A DNA stretch of 32,000 bases from a cyanobacterium endosymbiont of Epithemia turgida isolate EtSB Lake Yunoko (GCF_000829235.1 NZ_AP012549.1:150001-182000), one strand, 5' to 3'. Positions 1 to 11,376 are shown, counted from the first letter of the stretch. A program made the numbers and translations. The notes: generated from the letters alone by a model not told the origin.

Positions 1-20
1 GTAATTTGACAAAAATTAAG

Positions 21-74
21 TGTAACAAAAAACTATATTAAATAAAAACCTATTTAATATAGTTTTTTGTTACA
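21..74. repeat. perfect inverted repeat (24-bp arms, 6-nt loop)
   Basis: Arm 21-44 tgtaacaaaaaactatattaaata is the exact reverse complement of arm 51-74 tatttaatatagttttttgttaca. The loop is aaaacc. Confidence 0.9.
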
Positions 75-696
75 TAAATAAAAATTTAAAGTTTTACTTT
101 GATATGGTTCCAAAATTTTATAACTCTAATTTCTATAAATATCTAGTTTCTAAAATTGAATAATACAGTCAAAGTATAAATCTTGTAATTTATTAGCTAC
201 TAATTTATTAGACTAACTCTGAAAGAACCACCAAAATACTTATGAGAAATATCGAGTTGGAAGAAGACACTTACAATCTTTTAGTGTCGCAATCAAAGCA
301 CATTTAGGATTAAGTAAGCTAAAAAAGTTAGAATAAATCTAATTGACACTCAGAAACAAGCTGAAAGATCAAAAAACAAATTTTCTCGCTTTAGTTAAAG
401 GAAATAAGTATCTTTAGGTTTAGCTGGGTAATAAGAAAATCGAAATAAAGAGAAAAGAGTTTCTGGACAAAAAAAACAATATATTTACAACCGATGAGTA
501 ATAAGTAATTTTAATTGTAGAGAAAGCAGGACGGAAATAATAGATAAATAACAAATTTTCTATTTAGAGAAAGATTACTAAAATAATAATGTTCTATTCT
601 TAGGTAGGGAAACTTTCACCATACGCTGATTATTTTTTCTGAAATTGGTTATCTCATAGTTAGGATGTTCCTTTTGTTGATACTTTTATACTGTCT

Positions 697-1161
697 ATGT
701 TGACTATTATTGGTTGTGGTAATCTAAATCGATCTGATGATGCTGTAGGGGTTGTCATTGCTCAAAACCTTCAGGAATTTCTTTTAAAACATCCTGCTTC
801 TAATGTTCGTATCTATGATTGTGGAACAGCTGGAATAGAAGTTATGTTCCAAGCTCAAGGTAGTCAAAAATTAATTATTATTGATGCATGTTCGACTAAT
901 TCTTCTCCAGGAACTATTTTTGAAGTCCCTGGAGAAGAGTTAGAGAACTTACCAACACCAAGTTATAACTTACATAATTTTCGGTGGGATAATGCCTTAG
1001 CAGCCGGACGTAAAATTTTTAAAAACGATTTTCCTCAAGAGGTAATCGTCTACTTAATTGAAGCAAAAAATTTAAACCTAGGATTGGAATTAACTCCTCC
1101 AATACGAAAAGCTGCCACAGTGGTTTTGGAGAAGTTAAAAAAACAAATTATAAATTGGTGA
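697..1161 (+). CDS. NiFe-hydrogenase maturation protease (HupW/HoxW/HybD-type endopeptidase)
   Basis: 154-aa ORF. The N-terminus MLTIIGCGNLNRSDDAVGV fits the conserved GxGNxxxxDD(G/A)xG opening of hydrogenase C-terminal processing proteases, and the size is typical of the family. Whether it is HupW or HoxW cannot be decided by eye. Confidence 0.85.
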   Translation: MLTIIGCGNLNRSDDAVGVVIAQNLQEFLLKHPASNVRIYDCGTAGIEVMFQAQGSQKLIIIDACSTNSSPGTIFEVPGEELENLPTPSYNLHNFRWDNALAAGRKIFKNDFPQEVIVYLIEAKNLNLGLELTPPIRKAATVVLEKLKKQIINW

Positions 1162-1165
1162 CAAC

Positions 1166-1714
1166 TTAAGTAAAATATTTCTCGAGTAAATTATCCACTT
1201 GTCTGACACTAACCTGATTATATTGAATTTCATCAGGTAGAATTACTATGTTCGGTCCTTTTTTGCATTGTTTAAGACATTCTGTCAACCTAATTTCTAC
1301 CTGATTCATTAAACTGCGGTCAACTAATTTTGCCTGTATTTGTTGATATAATGATTTTCCTCCTCGCTCCCAACACCTAGTTTGTTTACAGACTAAAATC
1401 TTCTTTTTACTAGCTTGTTCCGGCATAATCATCACACAGGCTTTTTGAGGTCGAGTTAAAGTTTTAATAGTTTCCGCTTTAAGTTTAAAAATTCCCATAC
1501 TACCCTTTGTTTCCCTAGTTCCTTGAATTTCTAGCCAATCCTTAGGAGAAAGTTTAATATCTAAATAAACTCCTAATTCTTTGGGAATTTCTACCCAAAA
1601 TTCTCTTGAAGTTACTTTAATACGCAAATATTTAGTTATTAGTGCGTTTTTCATGACAAAACTTTCTAATTGACCGATAAGGAGGAAAGGAGAAATAGTT
1701 AAAAACTTTGACAT
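1166..1714 (-). CDS. (2Fe-2S) ferredoxin domain-containing protein (thioredoxin-like 2Fe-2S fold, NuoE/HoxE-like C-terminal domain)
   Basis: 182-aa ORF. The C-terminal half carries the Cys pattern CKQTRC ... CLKQC followed by KKGPN, typical of thioredoxin-like [2Fe-2S] ferredoxins. The N-terminal ~90 aa is a separate domain of unknown function. The gene is convergent with the hydrogenase protease, with 4 nt between the ORF ends. Confidence 0.7.
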   Translation of the reverse strand: MSKFLTISPFLLIGQLESFVMKNALITKYLRIKVTSREFWVEIPKELGVYLDIKLSPKDWLEIQGTRETKGSMGIFKLKAETIKTLTRPQKACVMIMPEQASKKKILVCKQTRCWERGGKSLYQQIQAKLVDRSLMNQVEIRLTECLKQCKKGPNIVILPDEIQYNQVSVRQVDNLLEKYFT

Positions 1715-2239
1715 CTTTTTTTATTTATTAATGAAATAATTGATAATTAAACTTATTAGTAATAACAACAATAATTTAACTAGTAGATTAATTCTTTACT
1801 AGAGCTTAATCATCCCTTAACCACACTCAAAAGTTGGATGACGACAATAGGACTAGTTGGACTTATAATAGTTGATTAATACAGCAATGTCAGGGAATTT
1901 ATAAATCTTGAAGATAAATAATGTACACTTCAACGATCACTATAAACCAGTTTTTATGACTTAAGGTTAATTCTAAAGAAAAATCAACTTAGTTTATTGA
2001 CATCAACGAATAAATATAATTTCTATTATTGCTTTACATAAAAACCTAAATAAATAATTATTATTTTGAAGTATCTCAATAAAAAAAATTATTGCCGAAG
2101 ACAATTCGGAACTAAATTAAATCTGGGTTCATCCGTTTTGGCTTAAGCCTAATTTTTTTAATATATTTTTAGGTATTGATAAATTGTTGCTAAAATAAGG
2201 TATTTTAGATATAGAAAGTTTAATATAAAGAAGGCAACC

Positions 2240-2797
2240 ATGAAGATGACAACTACTCAGGGCTTGGTACGTGCTTTTGGAGACGTGGGGGAAAACTCTG
2301 TTTTGCTAGACAAGAGTGTTACCATTCCTATTTGTGAAGGATTAAACGTGTTGATAGCTAGTTTTCAAGGACTATACCTTCAATATGAAAAACATCATTT
2401 TGTTGTAGAGGGTTCAGAATTCTACTCTTTACATGAATTTTTTAATGAAAGTTACGATAATGTTCGTGATCATGTTCATGCCCTCGCTGAACGGTTAAAT
2501 GGACTTGGAGGAATTCCCGCTGCTAGTTTTAACAAATTAGCTGAATTGTGTTGCTTTAACCCTGAAGCAGATGGATCTTACGGCTGTCGGGAGATGGTAG
2601 AACATGATTTAGAGGCAGAACAGGAAGTTCTTAAGCTACTCCGTAAACAAGCCGCTCAGGCTGAAAGCTTAGGAGATAGAGCAACTCGTTATCTTTATGA
2701 GCAAATTCTACTTAAAACAGAAGAACGAGCTTATCATTTAGATCACTTCTTAGTTAGCGACAGCTTAACTCTAGCCTTTGTTAATGACGGTAACTAA
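2240..2797 (+). CDS. dps: Dps family DNA starvation/stationary-phase protection protein (ferritin-like)
   Basis: 185-aa ORF with the Dps ferroxidase-centre context [35 protein letters not shown]. Length and helix pattern are typical of Dps. Confidence 0.9.
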   Translation: MKMTTTQGLVRAFGDVGENSVLLDKSVTIPICEGLNVLIASFQGLYLQYEKHHFVVEGSEFYSLHEFFNESYDNVRDHVHALAERLNGLGGIPAASFNKLAELCCFNPEADGSYGCREMVEHDLEAEQEVLKLLRKQAAQAESLGDRATRYLYEQILLKTEERAYHLDHFLVSDSLTLAFVNDGN

Positions 2798-2846
2798 AAC
2801 TTCCTTAAGAGTTTCCAAAGAGAGAACAAACAGTACCTGATTGAAC

Positions 2847-2871
2847 AAACTCCCATTCTTAATGGGAGTTT
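2847..2871 (+). terminator. candidate intrinsic terminator of dps
   Basis: An 11-bp perfect stem (aaactcccatt / aatgggagttt) with a 3-nt loop ctt lies 50 nt after the dps stop. It is followed by a moderately T-rich tail, tcacatttc. Confidence 0.55.
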
Positions 2872-2936
2872 TCACATTTCTAGTTTAATTCACACTCAAT
2901 CTTTTCTAATGTTAATCGACGATTAATCAATACTAA

Positions 2937-3823
2937 TCAAGTTTGGCGCAGTTTATTAAATTTACAAGAACGATCACCTACTCCCTGTAAAACTAACCGA
3001 ATGGGTTTAGATAAAACATGTACAAACCCTTTGATCCAATCAATTTTTTGAGTTTTAACTATTTTTTAAAGTTGATTAACTAAGCTCTTTAGCTCAAACT
3101 CTTGCTCTAAAATTACTCGAACAGAATTAATATTATCATCATGATTATGGTCTTCTTCCTCATTGTGATGACTAAGACGATTTTTAAAATCATCCTCGAC
3201 AGCAACATTAAAATCTAATAAAACATTAGGATTAATTTCTTTGTTATTATAAGAAACCATTTTGATTTCTGCTCTTAATTCTTATCTCAACCACTCTTTG
3301 ACTTGATGAAGTTGAAACGGTTCAATTAAGTCAGTTTTAGCCAACAATACTAAATTTACACAGACTAACTGATTTTTAAATAACTCCTCAATTGGATTTT
3401 CATATTCTAGTTTGGGATTATCCTGTCGTTGCGCTTCTAAGACAGCCAAATCCCTTACTAGAATACCTAAAACTAAAGCTTGAGGATCTACTACTGCTAC
3501 CACTCTGTCCACAGTGGTCCTATTAGGTAGGAATTTATATTCTCTGAAAGGCTTAAACTAAAGGGTTTGGCAATACCAATCCAGAAGTCTCAACTAGTAC
3601 AAAATTAATTCAAAAATATTAGTATTTGAGTCTTTATCTTCATCACAAATCTGACAATACCGCAAAAATTTTCTATCTATTCCTACTTCCTGAAATTTGT
3701 TAAATAAAACAGCAATTTATTTTTGTTGATTATATTATAGTAGATGACGAACCAATGTTACCTTAACCACTCCGAGAAAGTCAGTAATAACCGTAAAATT
3801 TTATGTATAGTAAAGTTTAGCAT
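2937..3823 (-). pseudogene. CobW/COG0523-family metallochaperone GTPase pseudogene (multiple stops and frameshifts)
   Basis: Minus-strand reading across frames reconstructs the family in the correct order. It begins MLNFTIHKI at 3823. Next is TVITDFLGVVKVTLVRHLL*, a decayed P-loop (compare GFLGSGKTTL). Next is IAVLFNKFQEVGIDRKFL (compare IAVIVNEFGEVGID). Next is VDRVVAVVDP...LVLLAKTDL (compare VVDA...LLNKTDL). An in-frame TAA follows at 3279-3281, then the His/Asp-rich linker HHNEEEDHNHDD, then a frameshift near 3060. The last block is IDWIKGFVHVLSKPIRLVLQGVGDR (CobW_C-type KG...QGVG), ending at the stop at 2937-2939. Track ORFs 3066..3260 and 3282..3512 are fragments of this pseudogene. Confidence 0.75.
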
Positions 3824-3953
3824 GTTGTCAAATGATGTTTTATCAAAAATTTTTCTTGAAACCCCTTTAAAAATATTAGAGAAACTAATTGATTGTAAGT
3901 GTTATTTTTTATAATATTATTTTAACTTAAAAGTAGTGTATATATGTTTTAAT

Positions 3954-4916
3954 TCAATTAAGATTGAACACAAAAGATCCTAAAATTAATACGCCAAATC
4001 CTAAACGATACCAAACAAAAATCCAAGTATCACGGTTTTGTAAATAGCTGGTTAACCAAGCGATAGCTAAATAGGAAAAAATTGTTGAAGAGATAACTCC
4101 TATAATAACAGGAAATAAAATTTCTTTGGAAAAGCCTAGTACCAAAACTTCTTTAGATTCTGCTAATCCTGCTATAGTAATAGCTGGAATTCCTAATAAA
4201 AAAGAAAACTTAGCTGCGGTTGCCCGTTCCAAATTCATAAATAATCCAGCTGTCATAGTAGAACCTGAACGAGACACTCCCGGAATTAAAGCCAAAGTTT
4301 GGGCTAGTCCCATTAAGACCCCGTCTTGTAATGTTAGTTGTTTAAAATCTCGTTTATGAGTTCCTAATTTTTCTGACAAAGCTAACAATACAGCCATTAC
4401 AATTGAAGAGATTGCAATAGCTCCTATACTGCGTAATGGAGAATTATCTAAATCAGAAACTAACCATTTCCATAACAACCCAAAGAAAGCAATCGGTAAA
4501 GTTCCCAACACAATGCCTGCCGCTAGTCGAAAATCATAAGATTTATAGTCCGAGATGCAGATAGCTTTTAGCGTCCCTTTAATAATATCTGTTAAATCTA
4601 ACCAGAAATACCATATTACTGCGGCAATACTTCCTAGTTGGATCACTGCTGTAAAAGATACTCCAGGATCACCCCATCCTAAAGCCAAGGGGACAACTTT
4701 TAAATGAGCCGTACTGCTAATGGGCAAAAATTCTGTCAATCCTTGTACCATTCCTAACACAATAGACTGAAACCAGTTAAATTGATAAATGGGAGTATCA
4801 GAAACTTTTAAGGAATTAGAATGAACAGTTGCTGTAAAATTCCAAAATAGGCTCAATACACCGCTAAAAACAAAAAAAGCAACTAATTCTAGTGGTCTGT
4901 GTTTTGGTTGAGTCAT
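3954..4916 (-). CDS. uppP: undecaprenyl-diphosphate phosphatase (UppP/BacA)
   Basis: 320-aa polytopic membrane ORF with the signature motifs GLTEFLPISSTAHL and PGVSRSGSTM. Confidence 0.9.
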   Translation of the reverse strand: MTQPKHRPLELVAFFVFSGVLSLFWNFTATVHSNSLKVSDTPIYQFNWFQSIVLGMVQGLTEFLPISSTAHLKVVPLALGWGDPGVSFTAVIQLGSIAAVIWYFWLDLTDIIKGTLKAICISDYKSYDFRLAAGIVLGTLPIAFFGLLWKWLVSDLDNSPLRSIGAIAISSIVMAVLLALSEKLGTHKRDFKQLTLQDGVLMGLAQTLALIPGVSRSGSTMTAGLFMNLERATAAKFSFLLGIPAITIAGLAESKEVLVLGFSKEILFPVIIGVISSTIFSYLAIAWLTSYLQNRDTWIFVWYRLGFGVLILGSFVFNLN

Positions 4917-6168
4917 AAGAATTGAGAGACTTATATAAACTTAAAGGATAAAAGTTTCAGCAATTTTATCAGTAAATACTTGCTGTTTAAAACTTTTCTA
5001 CAAAAATTGAACCCCCTAGCAATTCATCTTATAACATTCAATAAATTTAAACCTAATTATCTATTTAAAACCTAGATTTTTTAAAAAATTGTTAAAGTTA
5101 TCTAATTTTATATATGAGAAATTACTAGCTTATTTATTTTTTTTAAAATACATCGAAATCAAGAATAATTACTAATGTCTTGGTATTCTATCTAGATAGT
5201 AGCGAAACTCAACCCCAACTTATTGATCTTGAAAATCAATTTTTAGAAAATAAAATTTTAAGCTTTAAATTTTATTTTAGTCTTCTTTATAAATTCCCTA
5301 TAAACTTAAAGCTGTCTCTCTACCTTTTAACCTCTTTCCTTTCCCCTTTTTCTGAAAATTTATCTTTAAGTAAATTATCTCTAATAGAACTCTATAAATA
5401 AACTTAAAAGCCTTGGATAAGACTTAATATCTTTCAGCAGATCTAGAAAATAAACTCAGATTAGATATCGTTAAAATTCCTGAGAGAGATTTTCTAATGT
5501 AATCATCCCTAACTAGTCTCAGGAGTTGAATCTGTGAAAAACCTTAACATTTAGTTGCAATCTAAGAATTTCTTTTTATCTAAAATTTATCATCATTTAA
5601 GCTAAATACTCTATTATTACTAGATTTCCTGGAATTTAACAGAATATTTACACTTATCCAGAGAATTTTAAAGGAGTGATCACCTAAAAAAGTCAATTTT
5701 CTAGTTTAATACAATATAATCTTACGATTCTTTCTTTGAATATAGCCAACGATTTTAGCGATTTACAAATAAGTCTCGATGAGAATGTGCTTATCGTATT
5801 TATACGACAACTATCTTTAATTTTAGATCCACTTTAACAGATAATTTAGTAACATATATGGTTAAACACACTTTATCTAAACGAGATGTTGAGAGAATAT
5901 CATAAAATAATTTATCTAGTTATTTTAAAAGGACTTAATTCCTTTTTTTAACATTTATATTTATTACTCTCGTTTATTTTACCCTCAAGCAACTTAATTT
6001 TATAAAAAGCTACTTTTTATTTGGGTTAATAAAGTATGTTAAATCATTAATTTTATTATTAAATACATAACAGGAAAAACATCAATTATAAACAATCTTT
6101 TAAATAAAATTAGTGCTTATTATTGATTAATAATTTTTATGTTTTTTATTCTTAAAATATTTTATAGC

Positions 6169-6214
6169 TATATAGGTTTTTGATCTCATTATAAATAGGT
6201 CAAAAACCTATATA
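6169..6214. repeat. perfect inverted repeat (15-bp arms, 16-nt loop)
   Basis: Arm 6169-6183 tatataggtttttga is the exact reverse complement of arm 6200-6214 tcaaaaacctatata. Confidence 0.85.
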
Positions 6215-6518
6215 AATTTAATAATCATTGTATTAATTTATTCAAAATAAACAATAATTTTATGCTGCTTAAATTAAGTATTTTTTATTTTATTATTCCT
6301 AATATCTATTGGAATAATAACCAAAAAGTAACTTTTATTCTAACCCTATTAGTAATTTTTGACAATCTAGGCTCTCTTACTTGTTTATCTAATATAATAG
6401 AACTCTAATATTAGATTTAATTATTTATTTTTAACATTAAAATATAAAAAATTATTAAAATTTAAATATTAGCGTTAATTTAAGTTGTTTATATTAGCAA
6501 TGTTGATATATTGTTTGT

Positions 6519-6558
6519 TAGACAAAATTACTATAATTATAGAATTATATTTTGTCTA
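6519..6558. repeat. quasi-palindrome (10-bp outer arms around a 12-nt central palindrome)
   Basis: The outer arms are tagacaaaat (6519-6528) and attttgtcta (6549-6558). The centre, ctataattatag (6531-6542), is self-complementary. The segments between them are unequal, so the whole is imperfect. Confidence 0.6.
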
Positions 6559-7025
6559 TGATCATCTAATTGCTAAGTAGATGATTTTAAACTAAAAGAA
6601 TTTAACATTAAATAAAAAGACCATTTTAAACTAAAAAATAAGTTAAATGTAATGAATTACTTGAAGTAAAATGGTTAATTTTTATATCTCTAAACTTATA
6701 AGTAAAAATTAATAAATTGTTTTAATAGTTTTACCATATAAATATATATTTTATGCATATTTATATAGTAAATATTTTATTATATTATCCGATAAAAATA
6801 AATAATTTAAATTAACCTAAACTCAAAAATATTTAATAAAGTATTACTAATTTACTCAGATTTTGAAGTGTTTTTTGGACATTCATTCCATTATGGTTGA
6901 TAACCTCTTCAATTTAATATATAGATTTAAAAAAGTAAATTAATTTTTTAATTTAAAATTTAAACTTAGCTATTCTGTATTGTTAATGACAAAATATTTT
7001 TTTATAAAATGTATTAAATATTAAC

Positions 7026-7077
7026 TTGATTGAATAAATAACTATAATATATATATTATAGTTATTTATTCAATCAA
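7026..7077. repeat. 52-nt perfect palindrome (no loop)
   Basis: The left half ttgattgaataaataactataatata (7026-7051) is the exact reverse complement of the right half tatattatagttatttattcaatcaa (7052-7077). Confidence 0.95.
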
Positions 7078-7213
7078 ATCTTAAAACTGATTTATATAAT
7101 TTATTTATCTTAAAAGCTTTTAAAACTTATCGCTCATTATTTTGTTTAATTTTTACTGCAAAAATTATAATATTTTAATTAATAAAATAGTTAATAATTT
7201 CATTTAAAATATA

Positions 7214-7260
7214 TATAGAAACTCTGATAATTAATCAGATTAATTATCAGAGTTTCTATA
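7214..7260. repeat. perfect inverted repeat (22-bp arms, 3-nt loop), ~90 nt upstream of dxs
   Basis: Arm 7214-7235 tatagaaactctgataattaat is the exact reverse complement of arm 7239-7260 attaattatcagagtttctata. The loop is cag. Confidence 0.95.
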
Positions 7261-7351
7261 ATTAGTCATGAGGAAATAATAAACTAAAGTCAGAAAATCA
7301 ATTAAAGTTGTAATATAGCGCATTAATCAAAATGGTAGAGAAACATACAGC

Positions 7352-9262
7352 ATGCACATAAGTGAAATCACTCATCCAAACCAGTTACATGGTTTATCGC
7401 TCCGACAACTAGAAGACATCAGTCGTCAAATTCGAGAAAAGCATTTACAAACGATCGCCGCTAGTGGAGGACATTTAGGTCCTGGGTTAGGAGTAGTAGA
7501 ACTCACTGTCGCCCTTTATCAAACCCTAGATTTAGATCGGGATAAAATCACCTGGGATGTAGGACACCAAGCCTACCCTCATAAAATGTTGACTGGTCGT
7601 TATGATCGTTTCCATACCCTACGGCAAAAAAAAGGAATTGCTGGATATCTAAAACGTTGCGAAAGTCAATTTGATCATTTTGGGGCTGGACACGCCTCTA
7701 CAAGTATTTCTGCTGCCTTAGGGATGGCATTAGCTAGAGATGCTCAAGGAGAAGACCATAAAGTTGTAGCAGTGATTGGAGATGGAGCATTAACTGGAGG
7801 AATGGCCTTAGAAGCCATCAACCACGCTGGACATTTACCCAACACAAATCTCATGGTCATTCTCAACGACAATGAGATGTCTATTTCTCCAAATGTAGGA
7901 GCTATTTCTCGCTACCTCAACAAGGTGCGTCTGAGTGATCCTGTTCAATTCCTTTCAGACAACCTGGAAGAACAATTTAAACAGCTCCCTTTTTTTGGAG
8001 GGTCTTTTACCCCCGAAATGGAAAGGGTTAAAGAAGGGATTAAACGTCTAGCAGTGCCTAAAGTAGGTGCAGTAATTGAAGAATTAGGTTTTAAATATTT
8101 TGGTCCAATTGACGGACACAATCTAGAAGAGTTAATTGACACCTTCAAACAGGCCCATAAAGTATCCGGACCCGTCTTTGTTCATGTTGCCACTATCAAA
8201 GGAAAGGGCTATGACCTAGCTGAAAAAGATCAAGTAGGCTACCATGCTCAAAGTCCCTTCAACTTAGCTACTGGCAAAGCTCATCCGTCCAATAAACCTA
8301 AACCTCCCAGTTATTCTAAAGTTTTTGCTCATACTCTTACTAAGCTAGCCGAAAACAATTCTAAAATTATCGGAATTACTGCCGCTATGGCTACGGGAAC
8401 AGGATTAGCTAAACTTTATGCTAAACTTCCTAAACAATACATTGATGTAGGTATTGCTGAACAACACGCTGTTACCCTGGCTGCTGGTCTTGCTTGTGGA
8501 GGAATGCGTCCCGTTGTAGCTATTTACTCCACATTTTTACAAAGAGCTTACGATCAAGTTCTCCATGATGTTTGTATTCAAAACCTTCCCGTTTTCTTGT
8601 GTCTTGATCGCGCCGGAATTGTCGGTGCAGATGGACCGACTCACCAAGGAATGTATGACATCGCTTATCTAAGATGTATTCCTAACCTGACTATCATGGC
8701 TCCTAAAGATGAAGCGGAATTACAACGAATGGTGGTGACAGGAGTTAATTACACTAATGGACCTATCGCTATGCGTTATCCTCGTGGTAGAGGTATTGGA
8801 GTTCCTTTAATGGAAGAAGGTTGGGAACCTTTGTCCATCGGTAAAGGAGAAATTCTCCGTACTGGAGATGATATTTTACTTTTAGGCTATGGCTCCATGG
8901 TAAATATAGCCTTACAAGTGGCAGAAATTCTCGTAGAATATGGCATTGAAGCGACAGTAGTTAATGCCCGTTTTGTTAAACCCTTAGATACGGAATTAAT
9001 CTTTCCCCTCGCTCGACGCATTGGAAGAGTAGCTACTTTAGAAGAAGGTTGTCTCCTGGGTGGTTTTGGTTCAGCAATAGCTGAAGTCTTGTCTGATAAC
9101 GGCATTTTAATCCCTTTGAAGCGATTTGGCGTGAGCGATCACCTAGTTGATCATGCTACCCTCGAGCAATCCAAAGTAGATTTAGGGCTAACCAGTCCCC
9201 AAATTGTTGAACAAATTATACAAGTTTTTTTCAAAAGTCTTCAACCGTCTGTAATGAGTTAA
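7352..9262 (+). CDS. dxs: 1-deoxy-D-xylulose-5-phosphate synthase
   Basis: 636-aa ORF collinear with Dxs along its full length. It opens [20 protein letters not shown], has [13 protein letters not shown] and [13 protein letters not shown], carries the TPP-binding block [13 protein letters not shown]...NDNEMSI, and has the [15 protein letters not shown] block. Confidence 0.97.
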   Translation: MHISEITHPNQLHGLSLRQLEDISRQIREKHLQTIAASGGHLGPGLGVVELTVALYQTLDLDRDKITWDVGHQAYPHKMLTGRYDRFHTLRQKKGIAGYLKRCESQFDHFGAGHASTSISAALGMALARDAQGEDHKVVAVIGDGALTGGMALEAINHAGHLPNTNLMVILNDNEMSISPNVGAISRYLNKVRLSDPVQFLSDNLEEQFKQLPFFGGSFTPEMERVKEGIKRLAVPKVGAVIEELGFKYFGPIDGHNLEELIDTFKQAHKVSGPVFVHVATIKGKGYDLAEKDQVGYHAQSPFNLATGKAHPSNKPKPPSYSKVFAHTLTKLAENNSKIIGITAAMATGTGLAKLYAKLPKQYIDVGIAEQHAVTLAAGLACGGMRPVVAIYSTFLQRAYDQVLHDVCIQNLPVFLCLDRAGIVGADGPTHQGMYDIAYLRCIPNLTIMAPKDEAELQRMVVTGVNYTNGPIAMRYPRGRGIGVPLMEEGWEPLSIGKGEILRTGDDILLLGYGSMVNIALQVAEILVEYGIEATVVNARFVKPLDTELIFPLARRIGRVATLEEGCLLGGFGSAIAEVLSDNGILIPLKRFGVSDHLVDHATLEQSKVDLGLTSPQIVEQIIQVFFKSLQPSVMS

Positions 9263-11376
9263 GACATTTGGGTAAATGAGTATTATTAAACGAACAATGG
9301 GGAAGTTTATCGTTAAACTCTTTTCCCTTAATTACACGCTCAAATATAACAACAAATTATTTTTAATGTGTTTATGTCTACTCAATTAAATTAACAACAA
9401 TAGGGGCTTGTTATTAAGCCTCTATAAATTGTCCAGTATTAACTGAAAATTTTAGAATCATGAAATCTTTATCACAATGCTTAACTTCTAAGGTAACAAC
9501 ATCATTTTGTTTGTAAAATAGTTTATCTTTTATGTTCTCCTAGATTAAATCCGATAGATGAATTTAAAAATATCAGTCTTCTAATCAGACTCCCTTCCTT
9601 AGAGAATTAAAGTAAGTTATGACCCTATTGTCATAATCAAATTTTTTTTGATAAATACTGAATTAATAATGTGTAATTAAAAAGTAAATTTTTTGGAGTT
9701 TAGAATTGACGGAGTTCGCGAGTATATAAACTTTTTAAAAGTTAACTTTAATTAATATTTTTTACTATTTTTTTAGTTATTCATTACTAAAAATAGATAC
9801 TAACTATTCTAGTACTGTATCTAATTCGTTCACGATATTTTAGTTAAAAAAATAAAACTTTATAAGATTAGTTGACTAACTTTAGTGATACTAATATATG
9901 GTTTGATGTTTATAAAAAAAAGTATTTATTTCTGAATAAAATATTTTTTTATATTTAAATATGATAAGATTTTATCTTTTTATTATTATTTAATAGTTTA
10001 ATAATTTTACAGACTATTAATTCATTTTATTACATGAAATATCTCTATTATTATTTCACTTGTATTGTAGCGCAAATTTATTCATAAAATTATGATAGGG
10101 TTTCCCAATATCCATGACAACCTCTTAAATTTTAGTCAGAACTTTTTACCTCAAGCTCTTACTCATTTTACTGTTCTTTAAATTTTTCTTATTTTTATAA
10201 TTACTACTCTCACACCTTTATCTAAATTTACTAAAGCACTAAGAAAACCTATTAGGATAATTTTATCCTTAGCAAGGAAGTAAACAAATAGTAAAATGAG
10301 TACTATTTTTTATTAGAATTGACAATAATATTTTAGTTTTTTTGTTGAAAATCTAAAATAAGTATAAGATAATGCTGCAGTCAATTATGAAGGAAAAAGT
10401 ATAACAAATTTTAGAAACAATAAAAAATTTAGGTTTTTGTTAGAAACAATATACTAAAAGTTAAATAAAAATAGCTTGATTATATAAAAATTATATTACC
10501 CAGTAACAATATAAGTTGTACTTGCCAAAAAGTAATAATAACAAAAAAATACGAATACTAAAGAGATAAATAAACCAGAGTTAAATTTTTTCTAAAAAAA
10601 TTTAAAAATATCTACATAATTATTATATTAGACCAAGAAAATATTGTCTTTTAAATAATAAAAATAACTAGAAAAAATTTGCTTTAATTGTTATTTTTTT
10701 TAAAAAAATTACTTATTTAAGTATTTATAAAATTTATAAAGCTATAATAGAGATACATTTCGATGTTAATCATACAAAAATTTACTTCTTTAGCAAAACC
10801 TAGTAGATATTATTATCTATATTGATTTATCTTCTTATAAAAAAATATCTTTAAAAAAAATATCAAAAAAAGCTGAATACAAACTATTATATTTTCTGCT
10901 CTATTCTTAAAATTTAAATAAAATTTAAAATTAATAGTCTATTACAAAAACTTTACTGAAAGAAATACTACCTAAATTAAAACTAGTTTTTAAAAAGTCA
11001 TTTTATGTTTTTTGGATTAGTTATTTATTGAGTATAAATATATAGCAATGAGTATATTTAACCTAAGAATACTTGATTTGTTGAGGGAAATAGTTGGTGA
11101 CTATTTAATATAATTTTTTAAAAATATACGAGTAATTATTATAAGTCTTATTGACTCTATTGTTACGTTTGTATATTAAATAATAATCTCTAGAATGATC
11201 AGGTTTTATAAAAAAATAATTTGGGTCTATTCAGGTTTTTTATACTTTAATAGATAGTTTTTTTATTTCATAAATTTGGTTGCAATAAACATTAAACATT
11301 TAAATCAAATTAAGTATATCTCTTATATAACCTTAGCTTAGTAAGGACAGGCTCAGCCACTGTTAAGCAGAAGATC

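Noticed and set aside
2160-2239. Possible Fur/PerR box upstream of dps (ttgataaattgttgctaaaat).
   Set aside because: It shows only a loose resemblance to the GATAATGATAATCATTATC-type consensus in a region that is almost entirely A/T, so it is not distinguishable from background.
3066-3512. Track ORFs 3066..3260 and 3282..3512 as two small independent genes.
   Set aside because: They are in the same frame, separated by one TAA (3279-3281). Together with flanking frames they read as consecutive parts of a single CobW/COG0523 protein, so they are pseudogene fragments.
4126-4359. Antisense or alternative-frame ORFs inside well-supported genes: 4126..4359, 7945..8148, 8887..9105, 12340..12576, 18148..18381, 19450..19671, 20015..20215, 20754..21014, 22435..22647.
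   Set aside because: Each is fully embedded opposite to, or out of frame with, a gene that has clear family motifs. None contains a motif I recognise. They are typical shadow ORFs.
5180-5401. 73-aa ORF in the uppP-dxs spacer.
   Set aside because: It has a non-ATG start and low-complexity Leu/Ser/Phe/Lys content driven by AT-rich sequence. It has no motif and sits in eroding spacer. The minus strand here also gives short protein-like stretches, so at most it is an unidentifiable remnant.
9400-9426. Imperfect hairpin ataggggctt/aagcctctat as the dxs terminator.
   Set aside because: The 10-bp stem includes one G:T position and lacks a U-tract, and it lies 138 nt past the stop. It is plausible but weak, so I have not listed it as a feature.
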